DNA of 64,000 bases from an uncultured Ignavibacteria bacterium (GTDB lineage Bacteria > Zixibacteria > MSB-5A5 > UM-FILTER-46-8). The stretch lies in assembly GCA_964563085.1 (NCBI GenBank), contig CAZLVS010000011.1, forward strand, positions 8,328-72,327. Direction: 5' to 3'. The notes under the pieces were generated by a model. The model was not told where the DNA came from and did no database searches. It saw only the letters and a list, made by a program, of their open reading frames with translations. The translations under genes and the position numbers were made by a program. This document shows, piece by piece, positions 29,645 to 43,715 of the stretch (position 1 is the stretch's first letter; each line of letters starts with the position of its first letter).

Positions 29645-30131
29645 AGAGGAAAAGATACGCAAGCGGGTAGAAGAACTCGCTGCGCAGTTAGATAAAGATT
29701 ACGACGGCAAATCACCGGTGCTGGTAGGCGTCCTCAAGGGCAGCTTTATTTTTCTGGCTGACCTGGTCAGGAAGATGAAAACGCCGCATCAGGTGGATTT
29801 CTTAACGGTTGCCAGTTATGACGGTGGAGTGAAAAGCACCGGCGTGGTGAGATTGGTTTCCGATTTGAGTATCAACATAGAGGGACGACACGTGCTGGTA
29901 GTGGAGGACATAGTGGATACAGGTTTAACCACAGACTATATTTTGAAAAACCTGGGAACCAGAAACCCGGCGTCGCTGGAATTCGTCACATTGCTGGACA
30001 AACGAATATGCAGAAAGGCGGAGGTGCCGATCAAGTATGCGGGATTCGAAATACCGGATCAATTCGTGATCGGTTACGGACTGGATTACAATCAATACTA
30101 TCGTAATCTTCCTCACGTTGCGAGGTTATAA
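29622..30131 (+). CDS. hpt: Hypoxanthine phosphoribosyltransferase
   Basis: PRPP-binding 'VLVVEDIVDTGLT'. Confidence 0.85.
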   Translation: MKSEVLIEEEKIRKRVEELAAQLDKDYDGKSPVLVGVLKGSFIFLADLVRKMKTPHQVDFLTVASYDGGVKSTGVVRLVSDLSINIEGRHVLVVEDIVDTGLTTDYILKNLGTRNPASLEFVTLLDKRICRKAEVPIKYAGFEIPDQFVIGYGLDYNQYYRNLPHVARL

Positions 30132-30133
30132 AT

Positions 30134-32122
30134 ATGAACGAAGAGAGAAAAGAGAATAAAAAAGGCAATAATGACGATAAGCAGCCGCCACGTTTGAATC
30201 TAAAACGTAAAGGCGATTCCGGCGGCTCCGGTCCCAATAAAAAACCTGAAGTACCCTGGAAGAAAACCAGCCGAACATTGGCGTTCTGGATTGCGCTCAT
30301 CCTGCTGTCTGTGCTCTTTGTTCAACTTTATTATGGCGGCCGCGAGGAATTGGTTAAGATAGATTATACCGATTTTATAAATCAGGTTGAAGACGGCAAT
30401 GTTAAAAGGGTGCAGTTCATCGAAAGGGATATTGAGGGTGAATTCAATCAACCCTATACTAAATTAGTTGACGGCAGGAGAGGCACATACACGAAATTTA
30501 AAAGCTACCTTCCGTTTGATGATCCCGATCTGGTGAAAAAGCTAAATGAGGCGGGCGTGACAGTCAGCGCCGAGCCGGTCAATTTTAACTGGGCATCGGT
30601 TCTGCTATCAACCTTACCGTGGTTACTCCTGATTGTTTTCTGGCTGTTCATGTTAAGACAGATGCAGGGAGGCGGCGGAACCAAAGGGATATTTTCTTTC
30701 GGCAAATCCCGGGCGCGTTTGTTGACCGGTGATAAACCCAAAGTCACTTTCCATGATGTTGCCGGAGCGGACGAAGCCAAGCAGGAGCTTCAGGAGGTAA
30801 TTGAATTCCTGAAGGATCCGGGTAAATTCCAAAAGCTGGGAGGTAAGATTCCCAAAGGCGCCCTGCTTTTAGGTCCTCCGGGTACCGGCAAAACCCTGTT
30901 GGGGAGAGCGGTTGCGGGGGAAGCTGGCGTTCCGTTTTTCAGCATGTCCGGTTCGGATTTTGTTGAGATGTTCGTTGGAGTGGGCGCCTCGCGCGTAAGA
31001 GATCTTTTCGATCAGGGGAAGAAAAACGCTCCTTGTATTATATTTATCGACGAGATAGATGCGGTGGGTCGTCATCGCGGAGCCGGTCTGGGCGGCGGTC
31101 ACGATGAACGAGAGCAGACATTGAATCAGCTTCTGGTGGAGATGGACGGTTTCGAGTCCAACGAGGGGGTTATCCTGTTGGCGGCGACTAACAGACCCGA
31201 TGTGCTCGATCCGGCACTGCTTAGACCCGGGAGATTCGACAGGCAGATCGTTGTCGACAGCCCCGATGTAAAAGGACGCGAAGGGATATTCAAGGTTCAC
31301 ACCAAGAATATCCGGATGTCCGAGGATATCGACTTATCGGTCTTAGCCAGAGGTACCCCGGGGGTATCGGGAGCGGATATAGCCAATATCGTTAATGAAG
31401 CGGCTCTGTTGGCGGCTCGAAGAAATCGCAGCGAAGTTGCCATGGAGGACTTTGAGGATGCCAAGGACAAAGTGATGATGGGGATCGAACGGCGCAGTAT
31501 GGTTATTTCCGATGAAGAAAAGAAAACTACCGCATATCATGAAGCCGGGCATGCGCTGACTGCGAAACTTATACCGGGGTCGGATCCGGTGCACAAAGTA
31601 ACAATTGTACCCAGAGGATTAGCGCTGGGATTGACCCATTATCTTCCTATCGATGAAAAGCACACATATTCCAAGGACTATCTGGAAGCGAAGCTGGTTC
31701 ATGCTTTGGGCGGAAGGGTCGCCGAGAAACTGGTTTTTGACCACTTCACCACCGGAGCCGGCGATGATCTGAAGAGAGCGACGGATTTGGCGAGAAAGAT
31801 GGTTTGCGAATGGGGTATGTCCGAGAAGCTGGGACCGGTAACTTTCGGTAAACGTGATGAGCAGATATTTCTGGGCAGAGAGATAAGCCAGAAGCAGGAT
31901 TATTCCGAGAAAACCGCTCAGGAGATCGATGCGGAAGTGCAGGGGATTTTAAGAAGCGCTCAGGATAAAGCGAAAAAGCTTCTTTCCGATCATATCGACA
32001 TTCTGCATAAGTTAGCGAGAGCGTTGATTGAAAGGGAGATTTTGGACGGAGAGCAGATTGATAAAATTATGAAGGGGGAATCTTTGGAAACCGTGAAAGT
32101 AAGCGACGAAAGCAATGATTGA
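30134..32122 (+). CDS. ftsH: ATP-dependent zinc metalloprotease FtsH
   Basis: Two TM helices, AAA '[23 protein letters not shown]', SRH, and 'HEAGHAL' zinc site. Confidence 0.95.
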   Translation: MNEERKENKKGNNDDKQPPRLNLKRKGDSGGSGPNKKPEVPWKKTSRTLAFWIALILLSVLFVQLYYGGREELVKIDYTDFINQVEDGNVKRVQFIERDIEGEFNQPYTKLVDGRRGTYTKFKSYLPFDDPDLVKKLNEAGVTVSAEPVNFNWASVLLSTLPWLLLIVFWLFMLRQMQGGGGTKGIFSFGKSRARLLTGDKPKVTFHDVAGADEAKQELQEVIEFLKDPGKFQKLGGKIPKGALLLGPPGTGKTLLGRAVAGEAGVPFFSMSGSDFVEMFVGVGASRVRDLFDQGKKNAPCIIFIDEIDAVGRHRGAGLGGGHDEREQTLNQLLVEMDGFESNEGVILLAATNRPDVLDPALLRPGRFDRQIVVDSPDVKGREGIFKVHTKNIRMSEDIDLSVLARGTPGVSGADIANIVNEAALLAARRNRSEVAMEDFEDAKDKVMMGIERRSMVISDEEKKTTAYHEAGHALTAKLIPGSDPVHKVTIVPRGLALGLTHYLPIDEKHTYSKDYLEAKLVHALGGRVAEKLVFDHFTTGAGDDLKRATDLARKMVCEWGMSEKLGPVTFGKRDEQIFLGREISQKQDYSEKTAQEIDAEVQGILRSAQDKAKKLLSDHIDILHKLARALIEREILDGEQIDKIMKGESLETVKVSDESND

Positions 32123-32684
32123 TCGGGATAGGATTTATAAAGGGGTTCAGGAGATAGTCGCCGGTTTGGGCGACGGTATCGATGGGTCCCGTATGGATGA
32201 AACCGCAAAGAGGGTTGCCGATTTTTACCGGGATTACTTCGCAAATATCTATCAGGATCCGCGCCAATACTTAAAAGTTTATATAGCGGATAATCGCGAG
32301 GAGATGATTATAGCTCGCGGTATTTCATTTTATTCCATGTGCGAACACCATCTGCTTCCGTTTTTCGGAGAAGCGCATTTAGCGTATATACCCAAAGGAA
32401 ACCGGGTTACCGGCTTTTCTTCGCTGGTCCGTGTTGTTGATTGCCTTGCGAGAAGGCCTCAGATTCAGGAAAAACTCACCGGTGAAATTGCTGATGTTAT
32501 CATGGAGGTTATCAAACCGATGGGGGTTTTCGTTATAACGGAAACCGAGCAATTATGCTTGACCATGCGTAAACTGCACCAACCGGGACTGAAGACTATT
32601 GCATCCGCAATCCGGGGAGCTTTCAGGCGAGATGCCACTCGCGAAGAAGCTCTGTTTCTGATAAATAACAACCGTAATGCTTGA
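32115..32684 (+). CDS. folE: GTP cyclohydrolase I
   Basis: 'FYSMCEHHLLPFFGEAHLAYIP'. Confidence 0.9.
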   Translation: MIDRDRIYKGVQEIVAGLGDGIDGSRMDETAKRVADFYRDYFANIYQDPRQYLKVYIADNREEMIIARGISFYSMCEHHLLPFFGEAHLAYIPKGNRVTGFSSLVRVVDCLARRPQIQEKLTGEIADVIMEVIKPMGVFVITETEQLCLTMRKLHQPGLKTIASAIRGAFRRDATREEALFLINNNRNA

Positions 32685-32690
32685 TAAAGG

Positions 32691-33554
32691 GTGAGCCCGA
32701 TGCCGATTCCAATCCAAAGCGACTCCAACATTCTATTGAAACTGCAGCTACGGAGCAATAAACCTTTTTTGATGGGCGTAGTTAATGTAACCCCGGATTC
32801 CTTCTATGACGGAGGGAGATATTTCGACTCCGATAAGGCGGTCGATCGCGCCTTTCAGTTAATAGAGGACGGAGCGGATATACTGGATGTTGGTGGTGAA
32901 TCCACTCGCCCCGGGTCAGATCCGGTATCACCCCGGGAGCAAATCAACCGTGTCTGTCCGGTTATCAGCGAAATTAGAAAACAGTTCGATATACCGATAT
33001 CAATCGATACCACATCCTCGATTGTCGCAATGGAGGCGATAAACGCCGGGGCGAATATCGTCAACGATGTATCAGCGTTGCTTTTCGACGAGAAGATGAT
33101 TGAAGTGATACGAGATAATAGCGTGCCGGTTATATTGATGCACATGAAGGACACCCCGAAAACCATGCAGAAAGCTCCTTTAGATACCGGCGTCATCGAT
33201 GAGATACGGGGATTTCTATCTCAAAGACTCCAATTTTGCGAGGAGAACGGGATACCGTCATCCGATATAATTATCGACCCCGGAATCGGCTTCGGTAAAA
33301 CAGCAGCGGGAAATTTGGAGATTATAAGAAATATTGGCAGCTTTCGCGGGCTTGGTAAACCAGTGCTAATTGGCGCCTCAAGAAAATCGTTTATTGGCAC
33401 CATAACCGGCGCCGAAACGGATGACCGTCTGGCGGGCTCTTTGGCGATAGCCTGTTACTGCGCATTAAAAGATGTTGACATACTGCGGATTCATGATGTA
33501 AAAGAGACCAAGAATGCAATTGAAATAATATCTTCAATAATTAGCGATGATTGA
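32691..33554 (+). CDS. folP: Dihydropteroate synthase
   Basis: 'MGVVNVTPDSFYDGG', 'DILDVGGESTRPG'. Confidence 0.9.
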   Translation: MSPMPIPIQSDSNILLKLQLRSNKPFLMGVVNVTPDSFYDGGRYFDSDKAVDRAFQLIEDGADILDVGGESTRPGSDPVSPREQINRVCPVISEIRKQFDIPISIDTTSSIVAMEAINAGANIVNDVSALLFDEKMIEVIRDNSVPVILMHMKDTPKTMQKAPLDTGVIDEIRGFLSQRLQFCEENGIPSSDIIIDPGIGFGKTAAGNLEIIRNIGSFRGLGKPVLIGASRKSFIGTITGAETDDRLAGSLAIACYCALKDVDILRIHDVKETKNAIEIISSIISDD

Positions 33555-34326
33555 TCTTTTCCACATAGCGTTTCTTAAGTTCACATTGATTGACTTAATT
33601 GATATCGTTATCGTAAGTTTCTTTTTTTACAAGCTGTTAACTTTAATGAGGGGAACCAAATCCCTGCATATATTCCTGGGATTGCTTTTTCTCTCGCTAA
33701 TGGCTTTTATCGCCTTCTGGTTTCAGTTCGAAGTGCTGAAATGGCTCATTACCAATATCGCCACAGTAGGTATTATCGTTATTGTTATTGTTTTCCAACC
33801 GGAAATCCGTCGGGCATTGATGCAGATGGGTCAATACAGGATTTTCAAGGGTTTGTTCAAGAGCGAGAGCAAGAATATACTGGAAGAGATATGCAAAGCT
33901 ACCGAGCAGCTTTCGGCAAGGAAATGGGGCGCATTGATATGCTTTGAACGCGATGTGGGACTGGACCATATAATCGAGACCGGAAAGAAATTGGGTGCGG
34001 AGGTATCTTCGGAAGCGTTGGTTACGATTTTTGCTCCTAACACGCCGCTTCATGATGGCGCCGTCGTTATTCAGAACGATTTTATAACCGCCGCCGGCTG
34101 CACCCTTCCGCTGACCCAGAATCCGGTGTTTCATCAATCCTACGGTACTCGACATAAAGCGGCGGTCGGGATGAGCGAGGAGAGCGATTCGGTAGTATTA
34201 GTTATCTCTGAGGAAACCGGCCGGATATCGGTCGCCTATGACGGGATACTCAACAGAGGGATCGAGAAGGATATGCTTTCATCCACATTAAAGAAATTGC
34301 TTGGCGCACCCACCAAAACCAAGTAG
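33547..34326 (+). CDS. cdaA: Diadenylate cyclase CdaA (DacA): three TM helices plus a DAC domain
   Basis: 'ALVTIFAPNTPLHDGAVVIQ', 'GTRHKAAVGMSEESDSVVLVISEETGRISVA'. Confidence 0.85.
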   Translation: MIDLFHIAFLKFTLIDLIDIVIVSFFFYKLLTLMRGTKSLHIFLGLLFLSLMAFIAFWFQFEVLKWLITNIATVGIIVIVIVFQPEIRRALMQMGQYRIFKGLFKSESKNILEEICKATEQLSARKWGALICFERDVGLDHIIETGKKLGAEVSSEALVTIFAPNTPLHDGAVVIQNDFITAAGCTLPLTQNPVFHQSYGTRHKAAVGMSEESDSVVLVISEETGRISVAYDGILNRGIEKDMLSSTLKKLLGAPTKTK

Positions 34327-34332
34327 TTATAA

Positions 34333-36430
<2,098 letters not shown>

Positions 36431-36526
36431 AGTTTATCGGGAAAACTATTGATTTTTATAAAAAATCCCCTATCTTAAAAGTTTTGATGAAATCTGCCGT
36501 ATTTAGGGAACCTGAATTCGACATTT

Positions 36527-36811
36527 TTGGATATTGAAAACTGTTTGCGAGAAAAAAAGATACAGATACTTAACAAGATGGGTTTGCATGCCCGTCCGGC
36601 AGCGATGCTGGTTTCCGCAGCCTCCAAATTCAAATCCGATATCTTTGCAATAAAGGATGGCGCCGAAGTAAATTGCAAATCGATCATGGGAGTAATGATG
36701 TTAGCTGCGGAAACCGGGAGCTGGATAATACTACGTGCGGAAGGACCCGATGAGAAAGAAGCGATCGACAGCTTATCTAAACTATTCCAGGAAAAATTCG
36801 GTGAGCAGTAA
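36527..36811 (+). CDS. ptsH: Phosphocarrier protein HPr
   Basis: 'GLHARPAAMLV' around the His15 site. TTG start(s) at 36527 or 36545. Confidence 0.8.
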   Translation: MDIENCLREKKIQILNKMGLHARPAAMLVSAASKFKSDIFAIKDGAEVNCKSIMGVMMLAAETGSWIILRAEGPDEKEAIDSLSKLFQEKFGEQ

Positions 36812-38588
36812 GCGAAAAAAGGAATATGAAAAAGAGATAACGATACTCGGGATCCCCGGATCCCCCGGTATTGTAACGGGTAAACTATTTTTAGTACACA
36901 CGGATAAGATTTCAACCGCTAAAGAGACTATTCCCGAAAGTGAAATCGAGTATGAAATCGCCCGGTTCAGGGAGGCGGTATCCGAAGCCGCCAACGATAT
37001 AATTAAGATCAAGAGGAATATAAGCGAAAAGCTGGAGGGGGAGGCAGCAGGAATTCTGGACGCTCAGATTATGTTTATCAATGATCCTGAGTTGAATAGG
37101 CAGGTAGCCTCGATAATAAGGGAGCAGTCTGTAAATGCTGAGCATGTATATAATGATCTGATTTCCAAAGTGATTAAATCGCTTCAGAAATCCAGCAGCG
37201 AGTATTTAAAACAGCGAGTTTATGATATAAAGGGGATTCGTGCCAGAGTTCTTTCACGGCTTCGAGGCATAAAGCAGAGGCACCTGGTGGAGATGAACGA
37301 ACCTTATATAATTGCAGCCAAGTCACTGGGAGCCGGGGAGTTTGCTCAAATGAGCGGTAGTGACGTAATTGGACTGGTCACCGCGATTGGAGGGGCGACA
37401 TCGCACACCGCGCTTCTGGCTAAATCCTTAAATATACCCGCAGTGCTGGGGATTGAGGATAATTTCAACCTGCTTCAAAACGGTTCTAAGATCATTCTGG
37501 ATGGGAATCAGGGCAAAATTATCGTTAATCCCACATCTTCCAGCAGGGAGCTTTATAAAGATCGTGAAATGAAATATGTTCGCGAGCGTGAGCAGTTGCT
37601 GATAACCAAGGATGAACCGACGGTTACGACCGACGGTCGAAAAGTCGGTCTGTTGGCGAATATTGAATTATTATCCGAAGTTGACAAAGCTATCGAGGCG
37701 GGGGCTGATGGTATCGGACTATACAGAAGCGAATTCCTGTATTTCACTCATGGCGGATTACCCTCCGAAGAACAGCAATTCCGCGCATATTCCCGTATCG
37801 TCAGAAAGATGCATCCTAAGCCGGTGACTATACGCACCTTTGACCTTGGGGGCGATAAATTCATTGATGAAACCCACAGACCGTACGAACGAAATCCATT
37901 TTTGGGCTGGAGAGCGATAAGAATCAGTCTATCGTTACCGGAATACTTTAAGTGCCAATTGCGTGCGATCTTACGAACGTCCGCCTTTGGGAATGTATCG
38001 ATGATGGTTCCTATGGTTAGTGATATTTCGGAGATCAAGAAATCGAAAGCGATGTTCATGGAGGTGAAGGAGGAATTAAAGGCGAAAGGAACTGAATTTG
38101 ATGAGAATCTTAAATTCGGTATTATGATCGAGGTGCCTTCAGCGGCGCTAAACGCTGATTCACTTGCTAAGCATGTAGATTTCTTCTCTATAGGAACCAA
38201 TGATCTCACTCAATATACGCTTGCTGTTGACCGAAGTAATGAGGTTTTAAGCGAACTTTTCCAGAGCTTTCATCCATCAGTGCTAAAGCTGACCGCAATG
38301 GCTATCAAGGAAGCCAAAAGCGCCGGTATTCCTGTCAGTATATGCGGGGAATTGGCTGGTGATCCTCTGGCGGCGGCATTGCTGGTCGGGCTCGGGGCGG
38401 ATTCACTTTCCGCGCCATATACGATGCTGCCATTGATCAATGAGATAATCAGGAACATAAGTTCAGAGGACGCAGGCAAGCTGGCGCAAAAAGCCCTTAA
38501 ACTTGAGAACACGGCGGAGATTAAGAACTTATTGGCAAACTACTTGACCGATATTTTCGAAGGTATGAGTTCTCCTATACATAAATGA
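36801..38588 (+). CDS. ptsI: Phosphoenolpyruvate-protein phosphotransferase (PTS Enzyme I). The start is placed at GTG 36801 rather than the ORF-track start 36735 inside ptsH.
   Basis: 'ILGIPGSPGIVTGK', phospho-His region 'GGATSHTALLAKSLNIPAV', and PEP-utilising TIM barrel 'DFFSIGTNDLTQYTLAVDR'. Confidence 0.85.
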   Translation: MSSKRKKEYEKEITILGIPGSPGIVTGKLFLVHTDKISTAKETIPESEIEYEIARFREAVSEAANDIIKIKRNISEKLEGEAAGILDAQIMFINDPELNRQVASIIREQSVNAEHVYNDLISKVIKSLQKSSSEYLKQRVYDIKGIRARVLSRLRGIKQRHLVEMNEPYIIAAKSLGAGEFAQMSGSDVIGLVTAIGGATSHTALLAKSLNIPAVLGIEDNFNLLQNGSKIILDGNQGKIIVNPTSSSRELYKDREMKYVREREQLLITKDEPTVTTDGRKVGLLANIELLSEVDKAIEAGADGIGLYRSEFLYFTHGGLPSEEQQFRAYSRIVRKMHPKPVTIRTFDLGGDKFIDETHRPYERNPFLGWRAIRISLSLPEYFKCQLRAILRTSAFGNVSMMVPMVSDISEIKKSKAMFMEVKEELKAKGTEFDENLKFGIMIEVPSAALNADSLAKHVDFFSIGTNDLTQYTLAVDRSNEVLSELFQSFHPSVLKLTAMAIKEAKSAGIPVSICGELAGDPLAAALLVGLGADSLSAPYTMLPLINEIIRNISSEDAGKLAQKALKLENTAEIKNLLANYLTDIFEGMSSPIHK

Positions 38589-38597
38589 GATATTCAA

Positions 38598-39665
38598 ATG
38601 GCGGATTGTAATGATATAACGGCGATTAAACGGTTGGATAAATCGGATATGTACTCCAAACTTACCGGTTTTCCAAACCAGGTGCGCGACGCATATAATA
38701 ATTTATCGGATATTAGATTACCTTCTCTGAAAAACGATAAGTACGGAAGCATCGTAATCGCCGGGATGGGCGGTTCGGCAATCGGCGGCGATTTTGTCAG
38801 GGCTCTCCTTCTGGACGAGTCAACTATCCCTCTACTCGTAGTCAGGAATTATTCATTGCCCCGGTTTGTCGGCAAGAATTCCCTGGTTATCGCTGTCAGC
38901 TATTCCGGCAATACTGAGGAAGTGATTGCGGTTTACCAGGAGGCTCGGAGGATGGGATCGACCTGTGTAGTGGTTAGTTCCGGGGGTAAACTGTCCTCAG
39001 CAGCACGTAATGATAAAGTACCGTTGATAACGGTTAAGGATGGTTACCATCCGCGAGAAGCGGTAGGGTATCTTCTGTTATCGATTTACCATATCCTGGG
39101 TGAAACCCGGCTGTTTTCAATCAGGCTGGAAGATATTGAGATGTTGAGTTCCTTTTTGGAACAAAGCGGGTCGAAACTGGTTTCTGAAGTATCGGAAAGT
39201 GAGAATTCTGCGAAATTTATGGCTGGCAGGTGTTTCGGCAAACTGCCAATCATTTTCTGCGATGGCGGCGTATATGAGGTAGCGGCGAAACGTTTGAAAA
39301 ACCAACTGGCGGAAAACTCCAAGGTATTGTCGTTCGTTAGCGTGTTGCCGGAAAGCAATCACAATGAGATCGTAGGTTTCGAAAATCTGACTATACCCGG
39401 CGAAAAATTGATTGCGATTATGATATACGATGAACTATCGCATCCGCGGATCAAAGCCGGAATGAAAGCGGTTTCACGAATTCTCGGTGATCGAGGGATA
39501 GAGATAATGGAGATCAAACCGGCAGGCACAAGCTGCCTGGAAAGAATATTTTCCTTGATTCAGAGAGCGGATTTCAGTAGTTTCTATCTTGCGATCCTGA
39601 ATGATCAGGATCCGTCTCCAATTAAATCGATAGATGACTTGAAGAGGGAATTGGCAGGACAATAA
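38598..39665 (+). CDS. Bifunctional phosphoglucose/phosphomannose isomerase (double-SIS, archaeal-type PGI/PMI family)
   Basis: 'GSIVIAGMGGSAIGGDFV' and a second SIS domain. Confidence 0.75.
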   Translation: MADCNDITAIKRLDKSDMYSKLTGFPNQVRDAYNNLSDIRLPSLKNDKYGSIVIAGMGGSAIGGDFVRALLLDESTIPLLVVRNYSLPRFVGKNSLVIAVSYSGNTEEVIAVYQEARRMGSTCVVVSSGGKLSSAARNDKVPLITVKDGYHPREAVGYLLLSIYHILGETRLFSIRLEDIEMLSSFLEQSGSKLVSEVSESENSAKFMAGRCFGKLPIIFCDGGVYEVAAKRLKNQLAENSKVLSFVSVLPESNHNEIVGFENLTIPGEKLIAIMIYDELSHPRIKAGMKAVSRILGDRGIEIMEIKPAGTSCLERIFSLIQRADFSSFYLAILNDQDPSPIKSIDDLKRELAGQ

Positions 39666-39705
39666 GTAGAGCAAAAGATAATTTTAAAATTCAGGAATAA
39701 TAAAA

Positions 39706-40680
39706 GTGAAAGTAGTTATACCGGCAGCGGGAATAGGAACCAGGTTGCGTCCGCATACGCATACACTTCCGAAATCATTACTGCATGTAGCAGGTAAACC
39801 GATTTTGGGTCATATTCTGGATGAGGTCAAGTTACTCGATGTTTCCGAGGTAGTATTCGTGGTAGGTTTTTTCGGGAATATGATTAAAAGATATGTTCAG
39901 GAGAACTACGATTTCAAATGCAGGTTTATTGAGCAAGAGGAATTGAAGGGATTAGGATCCGCAATTAATTTAGTTGCGCCATATTTCGATAAGGAACCGG
40001 TTTTGATAGTACTCGGGGATACTATTTATCGGGCGGATCTAAGCGATGTAATAGCCCGAGGGGAAAATGCTATTGGAACGCATTATGTGGAGAATCCGCA
40101 AAGATTCGGTATAGCGGAAGCTAAAGATGGTTACATTACCAGACTGATAGAAAAACCGGAGGAACCGACATCCAATTTAGCGGTTGTGGGACTATATTAC
40201 ATCAAGGATGTTGACGCTTTATCGGAAGCTCTCGATGAGATTGTGGAGAAGGGAATCAAAACCCGAGGTGAGTATCAGCTTACCGACGCCCTTCAGATAA
40301 TGATAGAAAGGGGAGTTAGAACCACAGTATTTAATGTGGAAGGATGGTATGATTGCGGCAAGCCGGAAACGCTTTTGAGTACGAATAGATTTCTTTTAAG
40401 TCAGTTCAAGGAAACCCCGTCTATCAAAGGTTCGGTGGTTATACCTCCTGTTTTTATATCGCCAAGCGCGAATATCACCAACTCGATAATCGGCCCCGAT
40501 GTTTCCATAGCAGAAGGGGCGGTCATAGTTAATTCGATAATTCAGGATTCAATAATAGGTCAAAAAGCACAGCTATATGATTGCCTGATGGAATCCTCCC
40601 TGATAGGCGACTATGCGCGGGCGCGGATGACGTTTCGCAAGTTCAATGTCGGGGACTCATCTGAAATAGGTTATATTTAA
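39706..40680 (+). CDS. Sugar-1-phosphate nucleotidylyltransferase (NTP_transferase domain plus C-terminal left-handed beta-helix); likely mannose- or glucose-1-P NDP-sugar pyrophosphorylase
   Basis: 'MKVVIPAAGIGTRLRP....PKSLLHVAGKPIL' and C-terminal hexapeptide repeats. Sits beside the PGI/PMI gene. Confidence 0.7.
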   Translation: MKVVIPAAGIGTRLRPHTHTLPKSLLHVAGKPILGHILDEVKLLDVSEVVFVVGFFGNMIKRYVQENYDFKCRFIEQEELKGLGSAINLVAPYFDKEPVLIVLGDTIYRADLSDVIARGENAIGTHYVENPQRFGIAEAKDGYITRLIEKPEEPTSNLAVVGLYYIKDVDALSEALDEIVEKGIKTRGEYQLTDALQIMIERGVRTTVFNVEGWYDCGKPETLLSTNRFLLSQFKETPSIKGSVVIPPVFISPSANITNSIIGPDVSIAEGAVIVNSIIQDSIIGQKAQLYDCLMESSLIGDYARARMTFRKFNVGDSSEIGYI

Positions 40681-40701
40681 TCATGATACAAAGGAGTAAG
40701 T

Positions 40702-41868
40702 TTGTTTAGAAACACCAACTTTATTTTTAGTTCAGAGTCGGTAACAGAAGGGCATCCGGACAAAGTCTGCGACCAGATATCGGATGCCGTATTGGATGAA
40801 ATGCTCGAACATGACATTAAATCAAGAGTTGCCTGCGAGACATTTATCACTGTCGGGCTGGTAATAGTTGGCGGTGAGATCACCACCAGTGGTTATGCGG
40901 ATGTCGCGGGGATAGCGCGGCAGGTTGTAAAGGATATCGGCTATACGGATTCGAAATACGGATTCAATTACGAAACCTGCGCGGTGCTAAATGCTATCGG
41001 CGAGCAGTCGCTGGATATCTCCCGCGGTGTCGACATCGGCGGCGCCGGCGACCAGGGGATAATGTTCGGACATGCCTGTAATGACACCGAGGAATTGATG
41101 CCGGTTCCGATAACGCTGGCGCACAAATTGACCATGAACCTATCCAGGTGCAGAAAGAGCGAAGAAATCCCCTTCCTCGGTCCAGATGGCAAGTCTCAAG
41201 TCAGCGTTGTTTATAGAGATGGCAAAGCCTGCCATATCGAGTCCGTCGTGCTCTCTACTCAACACACCGATGAAGTGCTGAATGGCGATAAGACAAAGAT
41301 ACGAGACGATGCCAAGGAGGAGATAGTCGAAAAGGTTATCAAACCGATTTTACCGCCGGATCTCGTTAACGAGAAAACCATGTACTATATCAATCCGACG
41401 GGAATATTCTTGATAGGCGGACCCCAGTCGGATACCGGGATGACCGGACGTAAGATAATTGTAGATACTTATGGCGGCTGGGCGCCCCATGGCGGCGGAG
41501 CTTTTTCAGGAAAGGACCCGACGAAGGTTGACAGGTCAGCCAGTTACATGGCTCGTCATATCGCCAAGAACATAGTTGCGGCGGGATTGGCGGAGACCTG
41601 CACCATCCAGTTAGCTTACGCAATCGGCGTGGAGCAGCCGGTTTCTATCGCTATCGATACCGAAGACTCCGGACAGCTTGATGACCATCGCCTGGAGGAG
41701 TTGGTGAGGCTGAATTTCGATCTCACTCCGCGCGGAATTATAAACACGCTGGATTTACTCAGACCGATTTATCAAAAAACCGCTGCTTACGGGCATTTTG
41801 GCCGCAATGAACCTGAGTTCACCTGGGAGAAGACCGATCGAGCTGATGAGATGAAGTCCTGGTCGTAG
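40702..41868 (+). CDS. metK: S-adenosylmethionine synthetase
   Basis: 'GHPDK.CDQISDA', '[17 protein letters not shown]'. Confidence 0.95.
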   Translation: MFRNTNFIFSSESVTEGHPDKVCDQISDAVLDEMLEHDIKSRVACETFITVGLVIVGGEITTSGYADVAGIARQVVKDIGYTDSKYGFNYETCAVLNAIGEQSLDISRGVDIGGAGDQGIMFGHACNDTEELMPVPITLAHKLTMNLSRCRKSEEIPFLGPDGKSQVSVVYRDGKACHIESVVLSTQHTDEVLNGDKTKIRDDAKEEIVEKVIKPILPPDLVNEKTMYYINPTGIFLIGGPQSDTGMTGRKIIVDTYGGWAPHGGGAFSGKDPTKVDRSASYMARHIAKNIVAAGLAETCTIQLAYAIGVEQPVSIAIDTEDSGQLDDHRLEELVRLNFDLTPRGIINTLDLLRPIYQKTAAYGHFGRNEPEFTWEKTDRADEMKSWS

Positions 41869-41903
41869 ATTATTAGAATTTTTCATATTAAAGGAGTTAG
41901 TAG

Positions 41904-43163
<1,260 letters not shown>

Positions 43164-43184
43164 GCGATTTGTACTTGGAATTCA

Positions 43185-43215
43185 CCCGATCACGAATGCG
43201 TGGTCGGGTTTTCTA
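43185..43215 (+). terminator. Intrinsic terminator after ahcY
   Basis: Stem cacccgatcac/gtggtcgggt (one mismatch), 6-nt loop, then 'ttttctattt'. Confidence 0.5.
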
Positions 43216-43459
43216 TTTGGCTTGTATTATTCATAAATCCTATCAACGGTAGCGGAAGCCTTGCGCTTCCGGCGTTTCTTTGAGATACTTTATTTCAATC
43301 TGCAAATGACCTGCTCCTATTGAACTCCCGAAGGACAGGCTTTCGGCTGCGTATTAATGGGTTTCATGAATTATCCGGGTTAGGCGTCAAATCGATTTAC
43401 CGATTAGAGAGATAAAAATATTCTTGCTATCTGAAATGATCGATTATTATAATATTATC

Positions 43460-43548
43460 GGAGAGATGTCCGAGTTGGTCTAAGGAGCGCGCCTGGAGAG
43501 CGCGTAGGGGCCACAAGCTCCTCCTGGGTTCGAATCCCAGTCTCTCCG
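43460..43548 (+). tRNA. tRNA-Ser (anticodon GGA), class II with long variable arm; CCA not encoded
   Basis: GGAGAGA acceptor paired with TCTCTCC, D-arm GTCCGAGTTGGTCTAAGGAG, anticodon stem CGCGC/GCGCG with loop CTGGAGA, long variable arm, and T-arm GGGTTCGAATCCCAG. Confidence 0.9.
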
Positions 43549-43715
43549 TTTTCAATCTTGCCGTAACCTGCGTACTGCACTCGATTTACGGTTGAACAAA
43601 GTTTAATATAGATACGTTTAATTTATGTTATGGTTATCGGAGGTACAGCTAAGGATGCTGTGCATCTTATTTGGGCTCAAAAAAACGATTGAGTCGAGAA
43701 TGAAGGATAGAAAAT

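Noticed and set aside
30200-31594. Several 80-140-aa antisense ORFs within ftsH
   Set aside because: Embedded antisense to a highly conserved gene. Artefacts of coding-strand composition.
36735-36800. ORF-track start of ptsI at 36735, 77 nt inside ptsH
   Set aside because: Enzyme I homologs begin near '..ILGIPGSPG'. A GTG at 36801 with an upstream AGGA gives the expected length. The longer start would place a K/R/S-rich non-conserved leader over HPr.
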